From positions 67,445,443 through 67,509,442 of the forward strand of contig NC_052149.1 of NCBI RefSeq assembly GCF_902713615.1: 64,000 bases of DNA, written 5' to 3'. The stretch is from Scyliorhinus canicula (lineage: Eukaryota). This document shows positions 37,761 through 51,470 of this stretch, one piece after another. The translations under genes and the position numbers were made by a program. The first letter of the stretch is position 1; each line of letters opens with the position of its first letter. The notes below the pieces were generated by a model. The model was not told where the DNA came from, ran no database searches, and saw only the letters and a list, made by a program, of their open reading frames with translations.

Positions 37761-39908
37761 GCGAGGGTGAGAGTTCAATTATAAATATCAACATATATCC
37801 ATGAACGTAGTCTTCACAATTACAATGTCGGGTAAAATCATAAAATGAACTGTGCTAACCCAAATGGAACTTTTTTCTGCTCAACAGTTGTTGAGTAAAA
37901 TTAAGAAGCGAGAATAAGAAATTAGTCACTACTGTTTTAAAAATACTGTGCGAATGTTCAGAGGATAGATTTTGAGAAGGAAAAATGGCACTGGGCTGAG
38001 ATCGGAATGTCGTTATCAGCTTGCCTGCCATGTACTAACAAACCCAACTACTAGGTTATATGAATCAGGGTAAACACGGCTTGATTTTAGAAGAGCAGTA
38101 AAAGATATAACTGCAAAAACCCACCCAGTTCTGACAAAGGTTGGGGGGCCAGCAAGGCTCCTAAAAAGAAGCGATAATCACATTCGCCTGGAAAAGTAAT
38201 GCACAAACATTAAGAAACAAAATATTAATAAGAATCACCCGTTAATGAAACAAAAATAATTAAGGGCAGCAGGACCATTTATTATGACCGAAAGACGTGA
38301 GCTAATCTTCTGGCTGAACATCAAAAAAAGAGGAGCCACCCCAATATGTCTGTTATAATGTAGACCTGATGATCCTCTTGCGTGTTCACCTTTAGGCCCC
38401 TTCCACGATCTGGTAATGTAAATTACAGAAATACTTGATCCTTAGAATACAAGAGTAGAAATCCATGAATTCCCAACCCTCTAAAAACTAGAAACAAACA
38501 GACAGAATGTGAAAACAAACAACATTCAACTACCTCTTCTCCCATTAGGGCCTGAGACACAGCATTATTCACCCCATGAACCAGAAGCAGCAGTCCCACT
38601 TCAGCCTCCGCCTTTTGCTGATGACAGCTGGCAGCTGCAGACGCATCGAGAAAGAGCCCCCTGCGCTTTGCTAGCAATCACAGGAATCACTCCACATCTG
38701 TCAGCAAGGAACGGACAGAGACCCTAAAGGCACATTATTGGAAAATAAATTGACTACAAAGGGTTACAAATATCCCCTGCCAACAAAAAAAGTAACAGAA
38801 AATTATTACAGTAAAGTTCAGCAACTATAAAACTCCAGCAAATGAATAGCATGATCGATCTATCTTTCAAGTTAGCCAGCACAAGATTTCCTTCAAATAT
38901 GGTTTGAAAAAGCAAAGAACTAATAAAACATTCTGAAATCAAATTTAGCAACCAAAAAGAGATTTTTATTAGCAAGCAGCTTGAAGAAGCTTTCAATTAA
39001 ATCTAGAGTACTGCACTCTGGTGATTATTCCACTGGACTAATAATCCAGAAATTGCAGGAGAATGTTCTAACGTTTTTGACCCATTTGGATATGGGGTGG
39101 GGGGGGGGGGGGGGGGGAGGTGTCATACCGAGCATGAGGACTCACAATTTGGTGTGTGTGTGTTCCCTGCACGACAGCATGAGTGTGACACCGCCTCATG
39201 ATTGACAGGCTTGGTTTTCAGTCGAGTGTGGGTGAGCTCTGAAGGAGGGTATAACACAATTAGATCTTCACCATGACTGGGCATGGGCTGACCCTGAGGG
39301 CAGGGACTTCGATCCAGCTGGGGGATTTGGAGGCCTGGGCAGAAGTGGAGTTGGGTGAGGGGAAAATGGGTTAAGAGTTGTCACTGGGAGAGAGGACAGC
39401 AGCGATCAGAGGCTTTGTGAGGAAATAATCAGATAAGTGGAAAGGCGTAGAGATTTGGAAGTTCAGACGTCGCCATGGCCGCTTGAGAATTTGAAAGTGT
39501 AAAAATGCTACATTCCCCAGTACTAACCTCGCTCTGCTTGAAAACAAAATCACTGAATGAGAGAAAGTGCTAATTGTGTTGTTAGTAATTGCTGCTACTT
39601 CAATTGATTAGAGGCAGGACCAGCTGGAAGATTTTGAAATGGGTTGGCAATCATTTCCCAGACTCATTTTAAAAATGTATTTGGAGCTCTGGCAGCCCAT
39701 AATTATTTTCTCCTCTCCCCTTCTGACCTCCTGTCATTTCTGAAGTTCTGTTTCACGATTCTGTTATTATCCATTTTAAAATGGCCTTCATTCACATGCC
39801 ATTAGTCATGCTATTCTACTATAGAAGGCATCACTGCCAAGCCATGCACAAATGTGCTCGCAGGCTGAATCCACATTCTCTTTTCCCTTGCTTGTGATGG
39901 CCAATTGC

Positions 39909-40136
39909 AGGGCAGCACAGTGGCGCAGTGGGTTAGTCCTGTTGCCTCACGGCGGCAAGGTCCCAGGTTCGATCCTGGCTCTGGGTCACTGTCTGTGTGG
40001 GGTTTGCACATTCTCCCCGTGTTTGCGTGGGTTTTGCCCCCACAACCCAAAGATGTGCAGATTGGCCACGCTAAATTGTCCCTTAATTGGAAAACAATGA
40101 ATTGGGTACTCTGAATTTATTTAAAAATAATAATAA
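39909..40136 (+). mobile_element. HE1/V-type SINE, poly(A) variant
   Basis: 15-bp TSD gtgatggccaattgc (39894-39908, 40137-40151). Confidence 0.92.
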
Positions 40137-40377
40137 GTGATGGCCAATTGCTTCCTTCTGTGCAGTGCTGATTTTTGCTTTTAATAAGGTGGCAGTGAGA
40201 CTGGAACCAATGGATGGTGTTGGGTTTATACCATTGTATCCTTTTCTAATTTGGATATTTTGGATTTGTAGCTGTTGTTCTGATGGATGTGTGGATGTTA
40301 GAGAAGGCGTACGGATGCTGCAGTTTTACAGCAGTACCATGGTGGAATGTATCCTTCTTCCTGTCGCAGTAGTGACA

Positions 40378-41190
40378 CAACAACAACTTATATTTATTTA
40401 GAACCTCAAACATAATGAAATATTCCCAAGGTCCTTCATAAGTGCAATATTGAACAAAATATGGCCCCGAGTCATTTAAGGGAAATTAGGACAGTAAAGG
40501 AGGGAAGTGAAGTAACAGACAGGGAGAGGTGTCGGGAGGGTATCTCAGAGCTTGGAGCCGAAGCAACGGAAAATACAGCCACTGATAGTGGAGCGATTCT
40601 AATTGCAGATGGGCAAGAGGCCAGATTTAAAGCATTGAAGGTACCTTGGAGTGATGTGGGACTGAAGATGATTACAGATTTAGGGAGGGGAGGGGCACGG
40701 TCATGGATGGACTTGAAAACAAAGATGAGAATTTTAAAATAAAGCCATTTCTTGTTTGCAGGCCATTATAGGTCAATGACACAGGGGGTGGTGATTGGGC
40801 AACCGGATTTAAACAGCTTCAAGGTTATGGAGGGTAGAATGTGGGAGACCATCCAGGAGTGCATTTGTATAATCAAATCTAGAGGTAACAAAGGCATGAA
40901 AGATGGGGTTTGGCAGCAGATGGGTTAAGACAGGTGCGATATTATGAGTTGGAAATAAGCAATCTTAGTAATGGCATGAATATATGGTAGGAAGTTCACC
41001 TTGGGATCAAACATGATACCAAGATAGGAATGGATTTGTTCAGACTGTTGCCAGGAAGAAGAGTGGGATCAGTAGCTAGGGAATGAAGTTTGAATCGGGG
41101 ACCAAACACAATGGTTTTCATCTTCCCGTTGTTAATTGGGATAAATTTCTGCTCATCCAGTACTGGATGTCAGATGAGCAGTCCATTAAT
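40378..41190 (-). mobile_element. L2 LINE 3' fragment
   Basis: 'caacaacttatatttatt...cccaaggtccttca' L2-type tail followed by degenerate ORF2 3' sequence. Confidence 0.7.
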
Positions 41191-41817
41191 CTTTGCCCTG
41201 TGTGACCACGTCCACCAGAGTCTTGAAGTTGTGCAGATGCGTTGAGCGGGTAAAATGTGGGAAGTCCAATGCTGTGGTTACTGCTCAGTTCTGTGTTGTA
41301 TGTCATCTCGAATGCTGTTTGTCCTGGGGAAGTAGGCTTGAAGTGGCCAGCAGCAGGTCAGCATTGTTTGGAAGGGCCGCGAAGGACCACTCCTGCTCCT
41401 CTTAATTTTTTCATGAAAAAGTGAGGTTAATTTCTGGTGCTGTTTTTTTAAGTGGCATCCAGCAATACCTTTTAAACACAACTAGTATAGGTCACTTACT
41501 GCCTGGAACAGATGAGTGGATAACCTATGACTCTAGATTTGCATATTACAAAGCCTCCCACTTACTTAGGCAAGAGGCTGCTCGTCATTTATAAGTCCTT
41601 CTGAAAGATATGTCACATCACCCTTGGGCCTTAATGGGGTGGCCACGGTAACCCCTAGTTACTCATTCGTCAGGCAAGAAATGTGCCAACCATTGAAAAT
41701 AACACTCCCCTACCCCTCCCCCACCACGCTTCCCACCAGTTTATCTTAATCCATTTTTTCATGATATTGGATATTGTTTTGGACCACCTCAAAGTCTATC
41801 ATATTTCAAGTTGCAGT

Positions 41818-42236
41818 GGAGGCAGTGGCATAGTGACATTGTCGCTGGACTACTAATCCAGAAACCCCTTGGTGTTTAGATGTGTAGATCAGGTGGGGTT
41901 ACGGGAATAGGGTGGGGGAGCAGGGCAAAGTGAGGTGCTCTTTCAGAGGGTCGGTGCAGACCTCTGCCCAGTAGGGATTCTATGGGTCTGTTGTAATGCT
42001 CTGGGGCCCCAGGTTCGAATCCCACCATGGCAGATGGTGAAATTTGAATTCAATAAAATCTGGTATTAAATGTCTAATGATGACCATGACACCATTGTCG
42101 ATTGCCTTAAAGACTCCTCTGATTCACAAGGAAATATGCCTTCCTTGCCATTCTGGCAATTGACTCTTAAGTGCCCTCAGGGGTGGGCAATCAATGCTGG
42201 CCCAGCCAGCGACTCCCATATCGCATGAACAAATAA
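41818..42236 (+). mobile_element. tRNA-derived SINE (AmnSINE2-like) with an HE1 3' fragment inserted (~41870-41985)
   Basis: Head 'gtggcatagtg..gctggactactaatccaga', B-box ggttcgaatccc, tail 'gggcaatcaatgctggcccagccagcga' shared with the second CR1 family. Confidence 0.65.
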
Positions 42237-42602
42237 TCTTGTGCTAATTTTATGACTGTAGAAAAAACATGAACACAAAATATTGCAGAGCGAGGCCAAA
42301 ATGATTGATAAAATTTAAAAAAATATTTGGAACAAAAGAGATTCAAAATTTTGCCCTTCAGAGATTGCACACAATGTTGTTAAAGTTTGAATTTATAAAA
42401 TAGGAACACATTGGAGTGACCTCCCTTTATGTTTCCTGCTGTTTGTCCTTCTGTAATCTAAATTCAAGAATGGGCTAATGCGAAGGAAATAGTTAAAGAA
42501 TGACAATTAACTTATTTCACATCAGTTTCTGTTGCCTTTATAACCTGAAGAATAGGAATTTACTTATTAACTATTCAGGTAAATAAACTTGAATCAATAA
42601 GT

Positions 42603-42800
42603 AAATCCGCCACAGTCCCAGATGACCATAGGCTGCCTGGTGGTGATTTAACCTGAGGATTCCCACACCTCAGGCAAGGGTCAAGATAGAGAAGGTGGGT
42701 CTTCATGAATATCCTCAGCCAGTACAGGAATTGAACCAAAGCTGTTGGTCTCCCTCTTTATCACAAACAGGCTGTCCAGCCAACTGAACTAAATTGACCA
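42603..42800 (-). mobile_element. Short tRNA-derived SINE (second head type)
   Basis: Minus head 'ttagttcagttggctggacagc...ggttcaattcctgtactggc' related to 50720-50798, with a different tail. Confidence 0.7.
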
Positions 42801-43907
42801 CCAAACTTGCATCACTGTGAATTGGCTTAAAATTTCAAGCACATTTATTGAGACTTGCAGCATCTGGAACATTGAGTCAATTGGAGCTTTTGGAATGTAA
42901 TGTGGTTGTTGTCATTGTTTTTCTTACCCATGTGGTTGCTGCTTATCTACGTGTTCCTTGGACATTTGCAACAACTTGATTTCATTGACTATGACTTATT
43001 TGCAGCAATAATAACATAGTTATAGAGCTCTACACCTGCTATTTTATTAAATAACAGATGTTGCTGAAGAAATGGAATCAGATCTAATATCTAGATTATG
43101 TGTCGGTTTAAAGCAATTATTCATAATTAAGCTGTAATCATACCCTCCCTATAGCTTCCTGAGCATTTTGTTTCAATTTGTTCTCAGCATATGGGCATCA
43201 TTGGCAAGGCTGGCATTTATTGGCCATCTCTTGTTGCCCTCTGAGGGTGTGACCTTCTTGGACTGCTGGTCTGTATGGTGACTGGCCTACTTGTGTCCCA
43301 TAAAATTATTTGATTACGCTCTCATAATGCTGTCAGGAGATCCTGAAATTTGACCCTTGTAGCAATTTGATACAACCTTGTCTTTCTAAAGCAAATGTTC
43401 CCCCCTAAAGGGAATTGGAGAACTATGTGGGATTTTACAACACCTTCGTAATGATGGTGGCATATATTACAGACTTTTTAAAAGCCTCTCAAACTGTTAG
43501 TGAGATTTGAACTCATGCTTATATTTCGCAGTAACATAACCATTACATTCCTGAACATTTCCTTTAAAAATGTCATTATTTTTTTGCTAAGTCCGAGTCT
43601 AGATGGGGATGATAGCAATGATTTGAGTTTAGCTGCTAATAAAATTTAATTACAAATGTGGATAAACATAAAATTGAATTATTCCCATCATAATTGACTG
43701 AAGTAAATGGGGAAAAGAAACCTTTTAAAAATCAAAGCCTTCTGTCTTGATTTTATGGTTCTAGTAGAATGTGTGCCCAGAATGGATGCAGAAAGCTAGC
43801 CCAAAGGTTGCTGAGCTGACTGCATGTAATTCTGGGTGTGAAGTCACTTGAGTAATTAACACATTCTCAGCAACATGTTGACCTTGTGTGAAAACTAACC
43901 TATAGGG

Positions 43908-44696
43908 TGTGACGAATATAAGAAATGGTCATATTTTATCATTTGTATTTTTGCAGTAATGTTATTAAAACCAAGGTTAAAATGCTTGCAGACAGTGGGC
44001 AGGATTCTCCCAGCCCTGCACCGGGCCGGAGAATCCCCGTGAATGGGCCATGCCGCCCCAATGCCGGCACGCGTTTTTCCTCAGTGCGGAGAATCTGCGC
44101 CATTGGCGCCGGCGTGGTTGGCGCGGCGCCAGTCGCGGGCCGCACAACACGGCCAGCCTGCCAATTCTCCGGCCTGGATGAGCCGACCGGCTAAACAAAT
44201 CAAGACACATTTTGTAACAAAAGATAAAATAATTCTTTATGCTTTGTGCAGCTGGTGTGGCTAATTGGGGGGGGGGGGGGGGGGGGTTGCTTGGTCTGTC
44301 TGGAGTTGCTTCCAGTGCTCTAAGCTGAGCAGAGGACTATCAGCTTGGTCTTTATAAAAAGGTTTCTCACTCCAAGGACTCTGCGCTAAGATAAACAAGT
44401 AAAACCTGGTTGTCAGCTTTATATATAAGTGGTATTCAAAATATATGGGTTACTTTATTGGAATGTAGAGGCAGATTTCAGGAAGCAAGTTAAAATGTTG
44501 TACCTGTTCACTGTAAAGCTATTTCTTTGTTGCCATGCTGCTTAATTCTGTGTTCACATTAAAGGTTGTTTTATTATAAAAATTATCTACTGGTCAGTGT
44601 TATCACTCCTGTGGTGTAGTAACATTTCCTCACAGCTTAGTTGGGTTCTAATCCTGGATCTTAACCAAAATTGGGGTTCTGGTCCAGGCCATAACA
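43908..44696 (+). mobile_element. Solo LTR with a truncated MITE inserted at 43997-44190
   Basis: TGTGACG...ATAACA ends, 4-bp TSD aggg/agga (one mismatch); internal TIR gggcaggattctcc at 43997. Confidence 0.65.
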
Positions 44697-45287
44697 AGGA
44701 AGCTGTGGAAAATCTGGGAAAACTCCTACTTACAGGGACTTGGTTCTTTCTTGATGTGCGGCTGCTTAAAGCGTGCATTGTTTCAGGTTTTAAAAAGTTC
44801 AGCACAGGATGACAAATATTTGAAATCAGTGTCAAACCTTTGATGAAAACGAGGGATGAAGTGCTGGGCAAATATGAAGTGAAAGGAAACCAAACATGGA
44901 GTCAACATCTATCAAAGGTTGATGGAGTTGCAATGCATCTGAACCCTTGTTTGGTGGTGACATGAAGTGGGTTTGAGGAAGGTTGTTTCTATATTGCACA
45001 CTTTCTATTCAGAGGGCAACAGCATAGCACATCATGAGGTGGCAACCAGGCTTGATGGTCTGTACAATACTTGGGTACCAGACACAAGGACAGCCCTGTG
45101 CACAACGTGTGATGTACAGTTACATATGTACTTTATCCCTCCATAGCTCATTCTCCAATTCTAGGATTCCTTTGAAACCTAACGAATTGCCATTGTGCCC
45201 ACTTCGGTTGCTGCAATTGAAAAAAAGTTTGAAGCAAGAAACAGAGTTAGAAATATGAATTTGCAGTGCAAAGCAAAAAAGTTTGAG

Positions 45288-45605
45288 AATCATAGAAACC
45301 CTACAGTGCAGAAGGAGGCCATACGGCCTAACATGTCTGCATCGACCCTCTGAAATAGCACCTTATCTAGGCCCACACCCCCACCCTATACCCATAACCC
45401 AGTAACCTCACCTAACCTTTTGGACACTAAAGGACAATGTAGAATGGCGGATCTACCTAACCTGTACATCTGTGGCCTGTGGGAGCACCCGGAGGAAACC
45501 CATGCAGACGTGGGGAGAATGTACAAACTCCACATAGACAGTCACCCAAGGCTGGAGTTGAACCCTGTGAGGCAGCAGTGTTAACCACTGAGCCACCATG
45601 CCGCC
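45288..45605 (-). mobile_element. HE1 SINE (CR1 tail)
   Basis: Reverse-complement similarity to HE1. Confidence 0.85.
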
Positions 45606-46879
45606 TTTCACAACACACATTAACGTACCGAGGAAATGCAAATAAATCAACAGTCTGTAATAAATCAAACTTTTCAAATAGTAATATATTTTTTAAAATT
45701 CCGATCCTTTCAAGCCATTCCACAATCTGCTGAATCTGATCCATATCGGCAAGCAGAACTGGTGAAAAAGTCGTTAAATCCGGCATGAGACCACGATTTA
45801 AAATTTTAACATCCAAAATTTGGCTATTTTCCCGGCTGCCAATTGTAACCTGCACTTGCCCTTAGCAGGTTTTACATTGTCAGTGGAACTTCACAGAATT
45901 GGCGTTAATATTTGATTTACAGTTTAGAACTTTCCAGACATCTCACTCAAAACACAGGCAATGCCAACCGATGTGCATGCCAGTTCCGTTCTAGAACATA
46001 GAACATAGAACATAGAACAGTACAGCACAGAACAGGCCCTTCGGCCCTCGATGTTGTGTCTGAATCTCACTCCAAATGTGCAAGATTATATAGATTGATT
46101 TTCTAGTCAGTTGACAGAAAAATGCATGATTTCGCAACTTGTGCCAATGATGAATTACTAGTGACAAAGAAATGAAACCTACCCTGAAAAGTAAATACTA
46201 CTGGAGGGTGTATGTTTTCCCTGTTGTATGAATTATTGCAAAGAGATTCAGTGCATGAACAAGTGATGATATTTGCTTACTTTTGGCCAATCTCTAACAG
46301 TTCTCAGCAAAGGATTCCACCCTTGTAAGCATGAACGCCAGAGAGCCATTGATGAATTTGAGGTTCTCAATGTACAAGCATTGAACCATTCTTGTCAGGT
46401 GCATGGAAAAATAGGAAAAATGAGCTTGCATTTGGAATATAACAGCTGCAAAATTTGGCTCTGCAGCGGCAGAACTAGAGGCCCTCAAAACGGTTGGCAA
46501 CTTATTTCCGAACATGCAAACGTCAAGCTTATTTGATACACATTTTGCATATTTGGACTGTGCAGGTCCGGGGGACACCGTAACCCAAGAACTCCCAGCC
46601 AAATATGCGTTCAGCAGTATGTGGGATCCCACTGGCAGAATTTAAGGACCATTTTAAGCAAATTTTACAGAAATATTCTTGAAGGATATTTGGTAACTTT
46701 CTAGGTTTTGGAGGGCGTGTTGTTGCTTTCTGGTCAGAAGAGTTTTGCACCATGTGAACAGAAAGCCAGCTGGCATTACTAGTGGCTTTGCAGTTTCAGC
46801 CTCCCTTGATCTTGATCTACAACACAATGCAGGGAGATGGATTTGAGGCTGTAGAGAGGGGAAGCCATGTACAGAAGGA

Positions 46880-47838
46880 GGAGGAGGGCTCTCCACAGAA
46901 GGTCTTACCCATGAAAGATCTTCAGGGAGAACCTCTCCTACTGCCACCTCAGTCAAGAGCTGTATTTGCGGCAACTAACTTCATCAAGCAGGTGATCACA
47001 GAAATGTGTTAAATCCTACAATAATTTCCTAGCAGGACAAGGACACCACTGCGAGTGGTCACTGTTGCACTCATATTTCTTCGCAAACAGTTTCTTCTAG
47101 ACTGGAGCCGTTGACATTGCCCACATTTTCCAGTTTCTCTTAAAATTTGAGAAGGGAGGTATACCAGTAGAGGAGACTTCTCTTTAACTAGATAAAAGCA
47201 GTAGAAGTGGGCAGATGGCTTTACCAAAATAGCTGGATTCCCAATGATAAATGATTGGGGCAGCACAGTGGTTAGCACTACTGCCTCACAGCTCCAGGGT
47301 CCCGGGTTCAATTCTGGCCTTGGGCGATTGTCTGTGTGGAGTTTGCGCTTTCTCCCCATATCTGCGTGGGTTTCCTCTGGGTGCTCCGATTTCCTCCCAC
47401 AGTCCAAAGATGTGCATGTTAGGTGGATTGGCCATGCTAAATTGACTCTTGGTGTCCAAAAGGTTAGGTGGGGTTACTGGGTTACGGGGATAGGATGTAC
47501 GCATGGGCATAAGTAGGGTGCTCTTTCCAAGGGCGGTGCAGACTCGATGGGCCGAATGGCCTCCTTCTGCGCCGTAAATTCTATGATAAACAGGCAGAGG
47601 AAAGGAACTGCAAAGGATTCCACTCCATTAACATGTCGTTGGTTCTCAAGCAACACATTTTAGAGACAACCTTGCAATACTCACTGGAGGACGTCTCCAA
47701 AATCATAGTGATCTCCTCCACAATCTTGATTTTATGAGGGTTGTAGTCCTTGCCATCAGGCATACAGAGGCCATCTGGAACAGAGGAGGAAGTAGGGAGG
47801 AAGTCCATGGACCTCTTCGGTCCAGGCAGGTTTTGTGT
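46880..47838 (+). pseudogene. Harbinger transposase pseudogene interrupted by a SINE
   Basis: Frameshifted 'RRRALHRRSYP*KIFRENLSYCHLSQE..FIKQVITEMC..VTVAL..FFANSFF*TGAVDIAHIFQF..IAGFPM..NCKGFHSINMSLV..LQYSLEDVSKIIV..LHNL'. Confidence 0.75.
47258..47587 (+). mobile_element. HE1 SINE (CR1 tail)
   Basis: Full head, core and tail. Confidence 0.92.
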
Positions 47839-47842
47839 ACAG

Positions 47843-48790
47843 ACGAACAAAGAACAGGAACAGGCCCTTTGGCCCTCCAAGCCTGCGCTGATCACGTGTC
47901 CTATCTAGACCAAACATCTGTACCCTTCTATACCCCGTCTGTTCATGTGTCTATCCTGATAAGTCTTAAAGGTCGCTAACATATCTGCCTCAACCACCTC
48001 ACTTGCAGTGCATTCCAGACTATCACCACCCTCTGTGTAAAAGAAATTCCCCACACACATCTCCACTAAACCTATCCCCTTTCTCCTTGAACTTGTGCCC
48101 CCTTGGAATTGTCATTTCAGCCCTGGTAGAAAACCTGCAACTGTTCACCCTATCTACACCCCTCATAATTTTATAAACTTCTATCAGGTCGCCCCATCAC
48201 CCTCTGTCTTTCTAGGGAGAACAATCCAGCTTATTCAATCTCTCCCTCCTCATAGCTAATACTCTCCATACCAAGCACCATCCTTGTAAACCTTTCTGTA
48301 CTCTTTCCAAAGCCTCCACGTCCTTCTGGTAATGTGGTGACCAGAATTGGACACAGTATTCCAAATGTGGCCTAACCAACGTTCTATATGACTGTAACAT
48401 AATTTGCGAGCTTTTATATTCAGTACCCCGTCCTATGAAGGCAAGCATGCCATATGCTTTCTTTACCACTATTTCCACCTGTGCTACCACTTTTAAGGAT
48501 CTGTGGAGCTGCAAGCCCAGATCGCTGTGTGTCTATGCTCCTGGTGGTTCTGCCATTTATTGTATAGCTACCTCCTGAATTGGTCTACCAAAATGCATCA
48601 CTTCAAATTTGTCCGGGTTAAATTCCATCTGCCATTTCTCCGCCCAATTTTGTAGCCTATCCATATCCTGTTGTATTCTCTGACAATCTTCATCGTTATC
48701 AGCAACTCCTGGAATCTTAGCATCATCCGCAAACTTGCTAATCAGACGAGCTACGTTTTTTTCCAAGTCATTTATATATATTCCAAACAG
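47843..48790 (-). mobile_element. CR1 LINE 3' fragment, close to the 60076-63080 family
   Basis: ORFs with IYINDLE..ISKFADDAK..WAEKWQMEFN and LVRPHLEYCVQFWSP; 3' stem-loop and tail. Confidence 0.92.
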
Positions 48791-48919
48791 TATAAATCTT
48801 GCCATGAAAGATTTATGCAACAGCACATTCAATAATACATATACTGTGGTTCCTTTCGGATGTCATCCCATCACCACTGGATCTGGACAGTCCCCACTTT
48901 TCAATCCACCTACCATGTC

Positions 48920-49432
48920 ATAGAAAATAGGAGCAGGAGTAGACCATTGGGTCCTTTGAGCCTGCTTCGCCATTCAATATGGTCATGTTTGATCATCCAA
49001 CTCAGTAACCTGTGTCCGTTCCCCCCTCCCCATATCCTTTGATCCCTTTAGCCCCAAGAACTATATCGAACTCCTTCTTGAAAACATACAATGTTTTGGC
49101 CTCAACTGCTTCCTGTGGTAGAAAAGTCCACAGGCTCACCATTCTCTGGGTGAAGATATTTCTCCTCATCTCTGTCCGAAAAGGCTTACCCTGTATCATT
49201 AGACTATGACCACTTGGTTCTGGACACACCCACCATTGGGAACATTCATCCTGCATGTACCCTGTCTAGTCCTGTTACAATTATGTAGTTTCTATGAGAC
49301 TCCCTCCCAACCAAATTCTTCTGACTTTCAGCGAATATAATCCTAACCGACTTAATCTCTCTCCATATGTCAATCCCGCCATCCCAGGAATCTGTCTGGT
49401 AAACCTTTGCTGCACTCCCTCTATGGCAAGAT
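48920..49432 (-). mobile_element. CR1 LINE 3' fragment (another subfamily)
   Basis: 'LAIEGVQQRFTR.IPGMAGLTYGERLSRLGLYSL', 'FRTEMRRNIFTQR'. Confidence 0.9.
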
Positions 49433-50606
49433 GTCCCATTATGCATTCTTGGCCAAAATCCTGCAATAAAATCTATCAACATAAATCTTGCCATAAAAGC
49501 TTTATGCAACAGCACAATAATGCATACGAAAATGAACTATTCCCCTTTGTGAATTCCCTTATGATCTGTCTTGCGAATACCGTTACCTGCCCCTGTGCTC
49601 CTAAGTAGTGCTACCCCAGTGACAAGGGCTTGGCTGGTGGAAGGTTCCTGACTTTCACTTGGGGAGATTACAGATGGTCTTGCAGTGCAACCTCAAGCAC
49701 CTCTGGGCCTTGATGACCCAGCATGAGGTCAAAATGATCACAGCAGCCTGGAATGGCTCACAGATAGGCATTTTCGAGCGTATTGGGGTACTTGCAGTGG
49801 TGGCAACACAGAAATGTTGTAACTTGAAGATCAGGCAGCTGGTTAATGCTCAGCGGAGCCACTGGAACTCTCTGAGGTGGTCAGTCAGTAATCTGTAGGG
49901 GGATTGCTGCGAGACCCTGCAAATCCCTTTGAGCACTGAGATCAAACGAACATGGTGGCAGAAGTCGAAACCTGCATGGCAGCAAGTATTCAAAAACTCA
50001 GGACTGCCATCTGACCTCCCACATCTGCACTCAGACATTGAGTGACTTCTGTTTGTGGAAATTGTTACCTCAGGCACCAGACACTGCATTGTGCGCAGGC
50101 CTGCAAGTGTTGCCATGACATTACCCATGGGCTCCAAGCTCTGCATGATGCCTTATGTTAAGTTGGAGCCAGATTCCTCCATTCTCCCTGACAGTGATGA
50201 GGCTGGCTGGCAGATTTGCGAGGCATCTCTGTGTGCATGTACATCAGTTTTCACCACAATGTTGTTCCATCATGAAACTATCTGAGTGCCTAATAGTAGA
50301 TCTCTTCCTTAAACTTGTACACCATGGCACTGACAAAAGAACTGTCCTATGCCTCAAACTGGTTTTGGCAAAGTTGTGCCCAGTGATGCACTTTGTGCTG
50401 ATCCTGATTCTATACTGTCATCTAAGGTACTCACAGGATCAATATCTGGTGGCTGTAACTGTCAGATCAAGTGAGGTTGATTCCTCAGAGGACTGTGGCA
50501 GCTCTTGCCCTTCCTCCTGAGGTTCCACTACCTGGCCAGGCAGCAGATCTTGATTATCTGATAGTAGGAAATAAGGGGAAGGAAAGGGGTTGGAGTGAAA
50601 AGCAAT

Positions 50607-50798
50607 TAATAATAATAATAATAATAATAATAATTGCTTATTGTCACAAGTAGGCTTCAATGAAGTTACTGTGAAAAGCCTCTAGTCGCCACATTTCGGC
50701 GCCTGTTCGGGGAGGCCGGTACGGGAATTGACCCCGCGCTGCTGGTATTGTTCTGCATTACAAACCAGCTGTTCAGCCCACTGTGCTAAACCAGACCC
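50607..50798 (-). mobile_element. Short tRNA SINE: second head type fused to the (ATT)n-type tail
   Basis: Tail 'gtggcgactagaggcttttcacagtaacttcattg..agcctacttgtgacaataa' shared with 55948-56252; (ATT)n terminus. Confidence 0.85.
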
Positions 50799-51029
50799 TC
50801 TTTTGAGGTCCATGTTTCATTATCGCTTGTGCTTAATGCCAGATAGCAAGATGATGGTCAAGGGGATCTGAGAAGGTGCATAAGGCAGGCACCTATAAGT
50901 AGCGGGAAGAATGTGAAATGTAGCATTATCATCTAAAATTCAATCTTTCACTAGTAGTTGCCCACTACAATTATGCATAATTACAATACAGAAGAAAATG
51001 CACCAGCAGTGCACCTAACTGCTCTCAAT

Positions 51030-51470
51030 CTATTATTGAAACACATGGAGGTTATACTAAATTTATATAGAATCAACAATACAGTGAAGTACTGGAGAAG
51101 GTATAAACAAGTGTACATAATACTAGACGTAGAGCAGATATTTCCTCTTCTGGGGCAAACTAGAACCAGAGGTCATAGTTTTAGGATAAGGGGTAGCAGA
51201 TTTAAAACAAGAGATGGGGACAAATTACTTCTTAAAGGGTCGTAAATCTTTGGAATTCACTACCCTAGAGTGTGGTGGATGCTGGGACATTGAGTAAGTT
51301 TAAGGAGAAGATAGACAGATTTTTAATCAGTAATGGGTTGAAGGGTTATGGAGAATGTGCAGGAAAGTGGAGTTGAGGCTGAGATGAAATCAGCCATGAT
51401 CGTATTGAATGGCAGAGCAGGCTCGAGAAGCTGAATTGCTTAATCCTACTCCTAGTCTTAGGTTCTCTCT
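51030..51470 (+). mobile_element. CR1 LINE 3' fragment with internal deletion
   Basis: 'IFPLLGQTRTRGHSFRIRGSRFKT' and 3' UTR 'tcagccatgatcgtattgaatggcagagcaggctcga'. Confidence 0.85.

Noticed and set aside
38000-39000. A-rich segment possibly derived from an L1/Tx1 element
   Set aside because: Too degenerate to show any diagnostic motif by eye
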